Positions 22,448 through 34,200 of a DNA stretch of 64,000 nucleotides are shown here, in pieces. Position 1 is the first letter of the stretch; the number at the start of each line of letters is the position of its first letter. The notes beneath the pieces were generated by a model that saw only the letters and a list, made by a program, of their open reading frames with translations, did no database searches and had not been told where the DNA came from. A program made the position numbers and the translations under genes. The stretch is from NCBI GenBank assembly GCA_014905635.1, contig JABVCE010000004.1:248001-312000 (forward strand), in the 5' to 3' direction. The DNA comes from Scenedesmus sp. PABB004. Lineage: Eukaryota.

Positions 22448-24080
22448 ATGGGGGCGCAGGCGATCTTCCTGCAGCACGTCTGCCCCGCGCTCGGCTGCGT
22501 CGTCGCGTTCATCATGTTTGCCTCGCCCCTGCCAGCGGTTCGCGAGGTCGACGCCAACCGCAGCATCGGGGTGCGCGGAGGGGAGGAGCGGCGGCCTCCT
22601 CGCGCGCGCGCGCGCGCGGGCGGCGCGCCGCGCCCACGCCGCCGCCGCCACCGAACGCGCCGCCGCCGCCCGCCGCCGCGCCGCGCCGCTGTGCCGCAGG
22701 AGCTCAACGCGCTGCCGTTCATCGCGATGGCCGTCAACTGCGGTGCGGGCACGGGCGCGCTGCGCCGCCGCGGGGCTGGGCCGGCGCCTCCGCTTGCCCA
22801 CGCCGCCTCCCGTCTGCCTCTCCCTCTCCCTCCCGCCCCTCCACCCAGCCGGCTGGCTCTTTTACGGCACCGTGCTGCGCGACTTTTACGTCTACGCCGG
22901 CAACATCCCCGGCGTCCTCTTCGGCCTGTATTACACGCTCACCTGCTTCAAGTGGAGCAGCGAGCCGGCGCAAAACACGCTGCGCGCGCTGAGCCTCGGC
23001 GCGGTCGCGCTGCTGTACGTCGTCGGGCTCGCGGGCATGGCCGCGGGCCTCGGCCGCGCGGGCATCAAGACGCTCTGGTGCGGCCGCGCACGGCGCCTCC
23101 AGGGGCGTGGCACAGTTGCCGCCCGCCGCCGCCGCCGCCCACGCGCCGCCTGCGCGCCGCGTCCGCGCGTCCGCGCCGCAGGGGGTCGGCGTGCGTCGCG
23201 ATCCTGGGCGTCTACTACACCGCGCCGCTGTCGTCGCTGGCCAAGGTCATCGCGACGCGCGACAGCAGCTCCCTGCACTGGCCGCTCTGCGCCATGAACA
23301 TCATCAACGGCATGCTCTGGTTCGCATACGGCCTGGTGCGCGCGCGCGCGCGCCGCCACGGGGACGCCGCCGCCGCGGGGCAGCCAGGCGGCGCCGCGCG
23401 GCGCCGCGGGGACGCCACGTCGCCGCGCGCGCCGCGCCGCGCCAGCGCTGCCCACGCCTGGCGCGCGCGCGCACCTCGCGCCCTCACGCGCGCGCACCTC
23501 GCGCCCTCACGCACGCCCCCGCCCCCTCCCGCCCCCGCCCGCCCAGGCGCTGCGCGACTGGTTCATCGGCATCCCCAACGGCGCCGGCGCGGCGTTCAAC
23601 GCCGTCGCGCTCGCCTTTTGCTTCGCCTTCCCCGCCAAGGGCCGCAGCCGCGCGGCGCCCGGCCCCGGCGGCGCGCAGCTCGGCGCCAACTGGGGCGCGC
23701 TGCGGCTGCAGAGCATGCGCGACCCGCGCACCGGCGCGGCGGCGCTGCCGGCGGGCGGGTTCTTCGACCTCGCCCAGCTGCGCTGGCGCGCGGGCGACGC
23801 GGCGCGGTCGTTCGTGCGGCTCGCGAGCGGCCGCGCGCCGAGCGCGGCGGCCCTGCCGCGCCCGCCGGACGCGGCGGGCGCGGCGGGCGCGGCGGCGCCG
23901 GGCGACGCCAGCGCGCGCACGAGCCAGGACACGGCCGACCTGCAGGTCCACCACCTGGAGGTCGTCTGCGGCGCCGACGCCGACGCCAAGGCCGCGGCGG
24001 GCAGCGGCGGCGGCGGCAGCAGCGGCAGCGACTCGGCGCGGCGCGGGGGCGGCGGCGCGGACGCGAACGGCGGCGCCTGA
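22448..24080 (+). CDS. SWEET: SWEET (MtN3/saliva) sugar transporter, 5 exons
   Basis: FIMFASPLPAV..G|ELNALPF, YYTAPLSSLAKVIATRDSSSLHWPL..NGMLWFAYGL|ALRDWFIGIPNGAG: two MtN3 repeats. Confidence 0.93.
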
Positions 24081-24163
24081 TGCGGGGGCGGCGGCGGGCC
24101 ATTGCCCGCCGAGCCGGGGGCGTGCTCGAGCGCGCGCGAGTGAGAGAGGGCCTGTACATTGTG

Positions 24164-24168
24164 TTACA
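24164..24168 (-). promoter_or_regulatory. TGTAA poly(A) signal, likely for CSN9
   Basis: Chlorophyte consensus, about 270 nt past the CSN9 stop. Confidence 0.55.
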
Positions 24169-24439
24169 ACTGCGTGCCGCCTGGCGCCCGCTGCGGCCCC
24201 GCCGGCGATCGCTGCACGCGGCAGTGGGCGCGAGAGGCGCAGGCGCCCGCGCCCCTGCGCTGCGCGCGCCGCCGCCGATCGCCACCGCCGCTGGGCGGGA
24301 GCATGCGTGTCTCAGCATGCCGGCGCCAGGGGCGGCTGCGCGCCGCGGCGCGCTGCCGGCGGCGGCGGCGGGCGCGCGCCGCTGCTGCCGCCGCACGCGC
24401 GCCGCCGGCGCCCGCTCGAGGCGCGCCGGCTGCCCGCAG

Positions 24440-24631
24440 CTACTTGGGCATCACCATGTCAGCCTCGTCAAAGTCGTCCTCGAAGCGGTTGAAGAAGTCG
24501 GCATCCACGAGCTTCTCCACGCTCGCGCCCTCGATGGCGTCCAGCTCGCGCTCCTCGTCGTACATCATGAACTCGTCCGCCGCCGCGGCAGCCGCGGCCG
24601 CGGCCGCGGCGCTGCTGCCGGGGCCCTTCAT
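24440..24631 (-). CDS. CSN9: COP9 signalosome subunit 9 (CSNAP/MYEOV2), 63 aa
   Basis: C-terminal EKLVDADFFNRFEDDFDEADM is the F/D-rich CSNAP motif. Confidence 0.85.
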   Translation of the reverse strand: MKGPGSSAAAAAAAAAAADEFMMYDEERELDAIEGASVEKLVDADFFNRFEDDFDEADMVMPK

Positions 24632-24930
24632 GCACCGCGCCGCTGCGCTCGGCGCCGCTGCTGCTGCTCGTGCGCGCGGCGGCGGCAGGCAAGCGGGCCG
24701 TGCGCGCCTGGGCAGGGTGTGGTGGTGATGGTGCTGGGAACAAAAGGCGGAGGGCGCCGCCGATAACGGCGAACCGCACAAGAACCGCGGCGCCGCTCCT
24801 GCACCCGCCGCGTCGCGCGCGCGACGTGCCACAACCGCCGCCGCCGGTCGGCCTGAGAGCACGTGCAGGGGGGCGTGCCATAGAGCAGGGCCGTCGTCGT
24901 GCCGTCTGCGCACACGGGGGGTCGCATCGC

Positions 24931-25013
24931 ATGCCGCCGGCGCGCGTGCGGCAGGAGCCGGAGCAGCAGCAGGAGCTGGAGGGGGAGCAGGCCCAACAGG
25001 CGCAGCAGCAGGC

Positions 25014-25045
<32 letters not shown>

Positions 25046-27713
25046 CCCAGCAGCAGCAGCAGCAGCCGCGCGCCGACGCCGCCGGCGCTGGGACGCTCGC
25101 CGCAGGCGTCGCCCGCCTGGCGATCGACGGCGCGCCGGGCGGCGGCGAGCGCGCGCCCTCGCCCCCGCGCCGCTCGCCCCCGCGCAGCTCGCCCCCGCCC
25201 TCGCCCCCGCCGCCAGGCCTGCTGGCCGCCGCGCGGGCGGCGGCCGCGTCGGGTCAGCTGCGCACCGCCGCGGCGGCCTGCGCGGCGCTGCTGGCGGCCT
25301 GCCCGGGGCACCGGGGCGCGTCGCTGACGCTGGCAGAGGTGCTGCTCGCGGCGGGCCGGCCCGGCGCGGCGGCGGCCGCGCTGGAGGCCGCGCTGCGCGC
25401 CGCGCCGGCGGCGCGTGGCGGCGCGCCGGACGTGGAGCTGCTGCACCTGCTCGGCGTCTGCCAGGCGGCGGCCGGCGCGCTCGACGCGTCGCTCGCCACG
25501 CTGTCGTGCGCGCTGCGCGGCGCCGGCGACCGCGACGCGGCGGCGCGCGCCGAGCTGGAGGCCGCGCTCGCGTCCGCGCTCTACCCCCGCGGCGGCGCGG
25601 CGGCCGAGGCGGCGGCGGCGCTCGTGCTCGAGGCGCTGCGGCGCGACGAGGCGTGCGCGCCGGCGCTGCGGCAGGCCGGGCGCATCGCGGCGGACCGCGG
25701 CCTGTGGGGCGACGCGGCCAGGGTGGCGGTGCGCCTGCTCGCGCGCGCGCCGCGCGACGCCGAGGCGCAGCGCCTCCTCGCGCGCGCGGCACAGGTGCGG
25801 CCGGCGGCGCTGGGCACGGCCGCGGGCGTGCGCCGAGCGGGCCGGCAGCCGCCGCGCGACGCTCCCCATCCTTCAGCCCTGCGGCGTGGCGCGCCGCCCC
25901 CGCCGCCGCGCAGGAGCCGGCCGGCATGGCCGCCGTCCTGCGCGACGTCGGCGCCGCGCCGGGCGCGCCCGCGGCGCTCGCGTTCCTCGGGGACGCGGTC
26001 AAGACGCACGGCGGCGTGGCCGCGGCGGAGGCCCTCTACTGCCGCGCGTCGGCGGCCGCGCCGGCGTGCAGCGGCGCCGCGCTGAGCCTCGCGCACGCGC
26101 TGGAGCTGCGGCACGACTACGGCGCCCTGCTCGGCGTGGCGCGGCGCTTCTGCGCCGCCGCAGCGGGCGACGCGCTCGGGCCGCTCATGCTGGGGGTGCG
26201 CCGCGCCGCGCCGCGCAGCGTGCGGGGCCGCTGCGCTGGGGGGCGTGCGGCGGCGCAGGCGGCCGCGTGCGGCGACGCTGACGCGCGCCCACGCCCATGC
26301 ATGCACGCCGCGCAGGCGGTGCTGGAGCTGCCGCTGCTGGCGCGGCTGGCCGAGACGCCCCACGTGCCCGGCGGCACCGCCTGGCTGCGCGCGTGTGACT
26401 GGGAGCCTGGCCCGAGCCTCGAGGCGCGGCGGGGGGCCGACGCGGGCGCGCGGAGCTGCGCGGACGACCCCGCCGTCGCCGCGCGCTGGCTGGCCGACCG
26501 CGGCGGCGGCGGCGGCGGCGCAGCCGCCGAGAGAGCCATCGAGTACTCTCCCGCCCAGCTCGACGCGCTGGCGCTGCTGCTGACCGCGGCAAAGGCGTGC
26601 TTTGCCGGCGGCGCGCTCGCCGCCGCGGCGGAGCTGCTCGCAGCGGCCGACGCGCCGCGCCGCGCCTCGGCGGCGCCGCTGCACCGGACCCTTGTCCGCA
26701 ACGAGGCGGCCTTTGCCGGCGCGATCGCGCAGCTGCTCTGGGACGCGCCGCCGCCGCCGCTGCGGCACCACGCGCACGCGCCGGGCGCGGGCGGCAGCAC
26801 CGGCGCCGCTGGGGCCAGCTGGGCGGACGCGGCGCCGGTCTTCTTGCTGGGAGACTCACACATCCTGCCGGGTGCGTGCGCGCGCGCAGCGGCGGGGCGC
26901 GGGCGCCGCCGCGGGCGCCGCCTGCGCGGGTGCCCGCGCGCGCCCGCCGACGCGGCCGCTGTGCTGCGCGCCGCGCAGGCGCGTGGCGGGTCATCACTGT
27001 GGCCGGCGCGCCGCGGCTGCTCGTGCCGCTGCTCGTCACGGGGCTCAAGGCCTGGCACCTGCGCGCCGGCGCCGCCTTCTACACGGCGCACCAGTTCTGG
27101 CGCGCCGCCGAGGCGCTGCCGCGCGGCGCGCAGGTCGTGCTGGTCGCCGGCGAGATTGACTGCCGCGAGGGCCTCGCCGCAGCGGTGGAGAAGCTGCGGG
27201 TGCGCGCGCGCTGCGTGTGTGCCGCGTGTGTGCCGCGCGCGCTGCCCGGCCTGCCTGGCGTGGGGCGCCGTGCGCCGCCGGCACCGCCGCCCACGCGCGC
27301 GCATGCTGCGCCACCCGCCCCGCGCAGCACAACTCGCTCGAGCAGGCCGCGGCCGCGACGGCCGAGGTGCTGGCGGGCGCCGCGGCGCGCGTCGCGCGCG
27401 CGAGCGCGGCGCCGCGGTCTTCGTGCACCCCGTGCCGCCGGTGCTGCCGTCGACGCGGCACGCCGTCGCGTTGTTCGAGGCCGCGCTGGGCGACGCGGTG
27501 TCGCGCGCGGCCGCCGGCGAGCCGGGCCTCGGCGCAGGGCGCCTGACGCATCTCGGCTTTGCTCCGGCGCTGCTCACCCCCGACCGGGCCGACCTGGCGC
27601 CGGGGCTCGGCCTGGACGGCAGCCACCTCCACCCGCGCTACCTCCCGCTGCTCGCCGCGGCGCTGGACGCAGCGATCGCTGGCGGTGCAAGCGGCGGCGC
27701 TGGGGCGGGATGA
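24931..27713 (+). CDS. TPR-repeat protein with C-terminal SGNH/GDSL-like hydrolase domain; apparent 2-nt frameshift near 27395
   Basis: N-terminal polyQ, TPR-like helices, then FLLGDSH, VTGLKAWHL, GEIDCREG, LDGSHLHP. Confidence 0.75.
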
Positions 27714-27950
27714 CGGCCGCGGCTGGCGCGGCAGCCTGCGGGCTCTCGCCACGCCCGCAACCGATTGCCGCTGCGGCCCAAAGCGCAGTCCCCACGACAG
27801 CCACCGGCCACCGGCCGCCTCGTCTCTGCTGCGGTTCAACAGCTAAAACACCACCAGCGCAGTCCCCCTCGCCGCTCCTGGCCCGTGGAGGCCGCAGCGT
27901 GCTGCGTGCACACGCGGCGCCCTGCGCAGGGCCGCACGCTGCGGGCCCGC

Positions 27951-30900
27951 TCAGCCGACGAACAGGCCGCCGCCGCGGTGCCGCCGCCGGGGAACTGAAG
28001 CTCCTGCGAGAGCGGGGGGGGGGGGGGGCACGAGGGGCCGCGTGAGGGGCCGCGCAGCGCGCGAGGCGCTCAGCAGGTGCGCGTGCGCCGCCCGAACCTC
28101 AATCAAGATGTACAGGCCTCCGGCGGCCGCGCCGCCGACGAGCGGCGCGAAGAAGGGAATCCAAGCGTAAGCGAACTCCGACGAGCCCTGCGCGGCGGCC
28201 GGGGAGCGGGGTGAACGCGGGCCGGCGGCGGCGGCGCCGGCCCGGCGCGCGCGGGCACCCCTGGCACGCGCCTTGTTGGGGATGGGCAGCAGCGCGTGCG
28301 CGAGCCGCGGCCCGAGGTCGCGCGCGGGGTTGGCCCCGTACGCGGTCGGGCCGCCCAGCCCTGCGGCGCCGCGCGGCGCTCGGTTTGACTGCGCCGCCCC
28401 GCGCGCCTGGACTCCCAGCCCCTGCACTCCGTGCCCGCCGCACCCGAGATGCAGACCGTGACGACAAAGCAGATGAGCAGGTACTGCAGGCCCTGCTCGT
28501 AGAGGATCTTGGACTCGCTGCCCTCGGGGAAGCGCCGCGCCTGCGCGGCACCGGCGCCGCGTGACGCGGCGCGGAGCGGCGTGGGCGCACAGCCTGCGCG
28601 CGAGACCGCCCGCAGCGCTGGGGCACCGCGCCGCCCACCGCGCTCCCCGCGCTCCCCGCGCGCCGCGCCTGCAGCTCCACGAGCAGCACCAGCAGGATGA
28701 GCGCGGTCGTGCCCATCGCCTGCGACGGCCGCGCGCGGCGGCCGCGGTCAAGAGCCGCGGTCGAGGCCTCGACACCTCGCCGCCGCCCCGCGCGCAGCAG
28801 CGCCGCGGCCCCGTGGGGGCGGCGGCCGCACCTCAGTGAGGAAGTTATAGATGGGCGAGTAGATCGCGGGCCGCGTCGCAAAGATGCTGAGCTTGGCGTT
28901 GGCGTCCGCCGTCAGCGCCGCCTGGGCGCGCGCGCACCGCGGGCGGGCGCGGCGGCTGGGCGCGGCGCGGCGCGGGAGAGGGAGGGACGCGCGGCGCGGC
29001 GGCGCCACGGGCAGCGCGGGAGAGGGAGGGACGCGCGGCGCGGCGGCGCCACGCGCAGCGCGGCGCGCGCGCGCGGACCTGGTACAGCGCGTTGGCCCGC
29101 CGCTTCTCAGCCTCCAGCTCGCTGTCAAACTCGGCGGCGCAGCGTTCGCCGCGCTCGGCGGCGCCCGGCGCCGGCACGTCCACCACGAGCGCGTCGCGCG
29201 GCGCCTGGTCGGCGGCGGCGCCGTGGCCGTGGCGGTGGCCGCGCAGCGGCGCGGCGCCGTCGCTCGGCGGCGCGCCGCCGTCGCTGAGCGGCGCGGCGTC
29301 GCCGCCCGCGTCGCTGAGCGCCTTGCTGCCGCGCCGGCGCAGGCCGGTCGCGCCCGCCGCGCCGCTGTAGCAGCTGGGGCAGGTGCGCTGCAGCAGCACG
29401 CGCTCCGCGTGCACCGCCTCGAGGTGGCGCTGCAGGTCTGCGGCGGCGGCGGCGGCGGCGGCGGCGCGTGCGCGCGTGCGTGGGCCGCCGGCGCGGCGGC
29501 CGCGCAGCGGTCGGGCGCCACGCCGCGCCGCGCCAGGCAGCGGCGGCCTCGGCGGCCGGCTCACCCGCGACCTGGATCGTCTTGCGCGCGAGCGGGTGCG
29601 CCGCCTTGTCGCCGGGGCGGCTGGCCACGCGGCTCGCGTGGCGTGAGAGCGGGTCGTCGTGGAAGTACTCGGCCAGGACCTGGGAGGGGGGAGGGGGTCG
29701 GCAGGCGCGGCGGCGGGGGTTTGGGCTTGCAGGTTTCAAGGGCGTGCGAGGGCTTGCAGGTTTTAGAGCGCGCGCCAGGGCGTGTCCGGGGGCGTTCGTG
29801 GACGGCCGAGTCCCTCCGCCCCCGCACCTGGGCGGGCGTCTCCTCATGGATCACGTCCTGCGCGGCGCCGGCCGCGAGCGCGGCGGCGGCGGCGGCGGCG
29901 GCCGGCGGGCGCGCATGGGCGGCTGCGCGGGCCGCCAGCGCACGGCGCCGAGGCGCGGCGCGGCGCGGGGCGCCGCGCGCGGCCGGCCGGCCGGGCGCTC
30001 GCGGCGCACCCACCCCTGGGCGGAGGAAGTACATGGCGTGCGCGAGCGAGGTGAGCGGGTTGAGCCGCTCCGCCGTCACCTGGGCGCGCGGGCGCGGCGG
30101 TTGTGGTCGCAACGACGCGCGAGCGCGGCGCCGTGCGGTGCGGCGCGCCGCCCCGCCGCAGCGCAGCAGCGCCGGGGCGGCGGCCGCGGGCGCCACCTTG
30201 CGGTCGGGGCGCGTCGCGTACGAGGCGATCTGCAGCGCCGACTCGCGCATGTGGTCGCGGCGGCGCAGCAGCGCGTCGTCCTTGTCGTGCGAGGCCGGCT
30301 CGGGGAGGGTCTTGTAGTGCGGCAGGAAGTGCAGCCAGTGCAGCACCGCGCCTGCGCCGCGCGGGCGCGCCGAGCGGCTGCTGAGACGGCAGGAAGGGGC
30401 GGCGAGGAAGAGGGAGGGCGGCAGCGGCGGCGGCGGCGGCCAGAGCGCGCGGGCGCGTTGCCGCGCGCGCGCGCACCCACGAACGCTCCGGCGAGCTCCG
30501 CGAGGGAGAGGCAGATGAAGTCGACGCCGGTGAGGTTGCCCCACACCCACTGCGCGAGGCACATCGCGGGGTTGAGCTTGGCCGAGACCTTGCCCCAGAT
30601 GACGAGGGGCGCGAGGAAGGCGAAGCCAAAGGTCCACACCGTCCAGCCCCTTGCGCGCGGGGCGGCGGCGAGGGAGCGGCGCGTCGGCCGTGCAGCCCGG
30701 TGCGTCCGCGGCGCCGCAGCACGGCGCGCGCCCCGCCGGGCCCGGCCGCGGGCGGCGCCGCACCAGCCCATGGCGTGGCCCTTGGTGGAGGGGAGCAGCT
30801 CGTTGGCGAGCGCGGCCTCGCCGGTGTAGATGACCATGATCATGCCTGCATGGCATCGCGGCGGGTCGGGCGAGCGCCGGCGCCCGCTGCTGCTCCCGCG

Positions 30901-30963
30901 CGGCTGCTCACCGATGAACTCCGCCAGGCAGCGAGTGCCGAGAGAGTAAGCAGCGTGCGCCAT
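27951..30963 (-). CDS. GlpF-type aquaglyceroporin (MIP/GIP-like) with a large loop-C insertion; 3' end approximate
   Basis: [66 protein letters not shown]. Confidence 0.9.
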
Positions 30964-31216
30964 CGCGGGAGCGCGCTGCGGCAGGGGGGCGCGCTGCCGC
31001 AGGCTCCGATCGCGGCCGACAGCTGCCGGCGCCGCCGCCGCTGCTGCCGGGCCTGCCTGCGCAGGTGGCGCTGGGCAGGTGGCGCAGGTGGCGCAGGGCG
31101 CGAGGCGGAGCGCTGCCGGCGGGTCTGGCCGGGCGGTGCGGCGGAGGCGCGCTCCTGGGGCTCTGCGCGCCGCGTTCAACTTCGTCGCGGCGCCGCCGAA
31201 ACCCCAAAGCCCTTGC

Positions 31217-34200
31217 TCACGCGCACGCGCCGCCGCCCCCGCCGTACAGCCCCGCCAGCGCCTCCACCAGGCCGCCCTGCGCGGCCAGGCGGGGCACCGC
31301 GCTGGCGAGGTAGTGCTCAAACGGCAGCAGCCGCCGCGCGCCGCCGCGGCCCGGCAACAGCCCGCCGCCCAGGGCGGGGCCCAGGCCGAGGCCGCGCGGC
31401 GCCGCGGCGCGGGCCGCCTCGGCGCGGCACACCGCCGCGAGCGCGGCGAGCCGGTCCGCGCCCGCCGCGGCGCCGCCGCCGAGGCAGTGCGGCGCGGGGC
31501 CGGCGAGGAGCAGGGCGTTGGCGAGCGCGGCGAGCCGCCCGCGCCGGCGCGCCGCGTGGCGCGCCGCCGCCGCGCGCAGTTCGCACAGCGCGGCGCCGCC
31601 GCCGTCGGGCGGCGGCGCCGGCGCCGCCGCGAGGCGGGCGCGCACCAGCGCCTCGCCCGCGGCCTGCGCGACGCTCGCCTCGGCGGTGAGGTCCCCGCCG
31701 GGCGGCTCGGGCCCGGCGCCGCCCTCTGCGAGCGCCTCGTCGGCGCCCCGCAGCGCGGCGGCGAGGCCGGCGCCGTCGTCGCCGCGCACCGCGAGGCCCG
31801 CCGCCCAGGCCGCGCCGCCGCCGCCCGCGGGGCGCGCGGCGAGCGACTGCGCGCCGCTCAGCCACGCGGCGTCCCACGGGCCGCCCTCCGCCGCCGCCGC
31901 CGCCTCCTGCTGCAGCGCCCAGTCGGCGCTCGCCGCGAGCAGCAGCGCGTTGCGCGTGGGGTGCGGCGTAGCGGCCGGCAGCGCGGCGGTGCGCTGCGCG
32001 TGAGGGCAGGGGCCCCCCACGGGCACCGCCAGGTCGGCAGGCGCGGCCAGCAGGTCGGCGTCGGACAGCGCCGCCGCGCCGGCCGCCAGCGCGGCCAGCG
32101 CGGCCGCGTCGGCCCGGTCCGCCGCGGTCACCGCCACCGCCGGCGCGGCGGCACCGCCCTCGCTGGCCCCACCGCCGCCGGCCCGCCGCAGAGGCGGCAC
32201 GTCTGGCACCCCCGCCAGCAGCTGCCGCACCGCGGCTGCCTCCTCGGCGCCGCTGGGCAGCGGCTGCACGCTCGGCGCGCCGCCCTGCGGCTCTGGGGTG
32301 GCGGCGCCGCCGCGGTCCGGCTGCGGCGTGCTCCCGCTGTCTTCGGCGCCCATCGCGTCCTCGGCCCACTCGCCCCGCTCCACATCCTCCGCGCGCGCCG
32401 CCGTGCGTGGCGCGGGGCTCGCATCGCCGCTCTCGCCGTCCGCCGCGCAGCCGCGCAGCCGGGCGCCGCCGGGGCTGGGCGCCGCCGGCGACGCGGCGCG
32501 CTGCCCGTCGCCCGCCACCAGGGCGTCCGCTGCCACGGCGCGCGTCGGCGTGCCATCCTGCGCCTCGTGCTCCTCGGCCGGCTGCTGCAACACCAGCAGC
32601 TGCACCGCCAGCGGGCGGTCCGCCGGCGGCGCCTGTGCGTCGATGCGCAGCGCCACGACCCGGCGCCCCTGCTCAGCGGCGGCGGCCGTCGCCTCCGCCG
32701 CCGACGCGCGCGCCGCGACGGCCGCCTCGCGCTTCGCGCGCGCCGCGCCCGCCGCGGCGATGGCCGCGCTCACTGCCCTGCCGACAGACTCCGCGCCGCT
32801 GCGCGCGCGCAGCCGGCTGCGCACGCCCGTGGCGCGCCCGCTGCGCGCGGTGCGCGTGCTGCTGCCCGCCCGCGCCAGCGCAGCGTCGCCCCCCACGCCC
32901 TCGCCGTCCATGGCGTACGGGGTGCCGGGGCAGGTGGAGGGCTCGCCGCCCGGCGAGTCCCAGCAGCCGTCCCAGTCGGACCCGGCCGAGGCCGGTGCTA
33001 GGCTGCGCCGCAGGCGCTTGGCCAGCGCCAGCTGCGCCGCGCGCGCCTGCGCCACCTCCTCCAGCTGCAGCGCCACCAGCGCAGCGCGCTGCGCGTGCAC
33101 CTCGGCGTGCAGGCGCTGGCGCTCGCCCGCGGCCGCCGCCAGGCTGATGTGGCCCTCGGGCAGCTGCTCCTGATCCTGCGCCCCGCCGCCCGCGCAGCTG
33201 CTGTCGCCGCCGCTCGCCGCCAGCAGCCAGCCCTCCTCGGCGGCTGCCGCCCACGCTGCAAGCTGCGGCTGCCGCTCCTGGAGGCACCAGGGCGACAGCT
33301 GCTGCTGCTGCGGAGCGCCCGGCGCGCTCCAAAACTGCAGGGCGGTGAGGCACGCCCGCACGTCGTGCCCCTGCGGTGCAGAGCGCGCGGCGGCCGCGTC
33401 AGCCGCGCAGGGGCCCCTGCACGAGCAGCGCCGGCGCCTGCTGACGGCGCAGCGCCGGGCGCGCCCCTCCCCCGCGGCGGCGGCGCCGCCCCACCTGGTG
33501 CACAATCAGCTCGCGCAGCTGCGCCAGCCCCAGGCCGCGCCGCCCCTCTGCCGCCGCGACGAGCGCGAGCAGGCGCAGCAGCTCGCCGCCGCCGGGCCGC
33601 AGCAGCGCCGCCGTCTGCACCTGCACGCCCGCCAGCGCGGCCGGCAGGCGCGGCGCATTGAGGCAGAGCACGACCGGCCGCCGGCTGTCCCGGATGAGCC
33701 CAGGCAGCGCCGCCAGGAAGCTGCGGTCGGCGTCCAGCAGCGTGTCGGCCTCGTCAAACAGCACCAGCGAGAGCGCCTCGCCCGCGCCGCGCCCCGCCGC
33801 GCCGGGCGCGTCGCCGCCGCCGGCCCCGCCGCCGCCTGGCTGGCCGCCGCCGCCGCCGACCGTCGCCGCCTGCCCCGCCGCGCCGCGCGGCGCCGACGGC
33901 GCGCGGCGCTTGCTGCGCGGGAGCAGCAGGTCAGAGTCCGAGTCCGAGCCGCAGCCGCGCTGCTGCACCTCGTCCTGCTGCTGCGCGGCCGCCGCGCCGC
34001 GCTGCCGCCCGCCGCGGGCCGCCGCCGCGCCGCGGCCGGCCTTGCCGCCCCGCGCTGCGGGCTGCGGCGCTGGCGCGCGCCCCTTGCCGCCGGCCGCCGG
34101 CGCCAGCGCAGTGGCCTGCTGCGCCTGCTGCTGCGCGGCCGCCGCCTTGGCGTCCAGGCGGCGCGACTGCGTGGCCTCACCCACCATGCGCAGCACCTGC

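Noticed and set aside
24440..24442. TAG reassignment (non-standard nuclear code)
   Set aside because: TAG is at the expected C-terminus of CSN9 and MRM1; no in-frame stops in conserved exons
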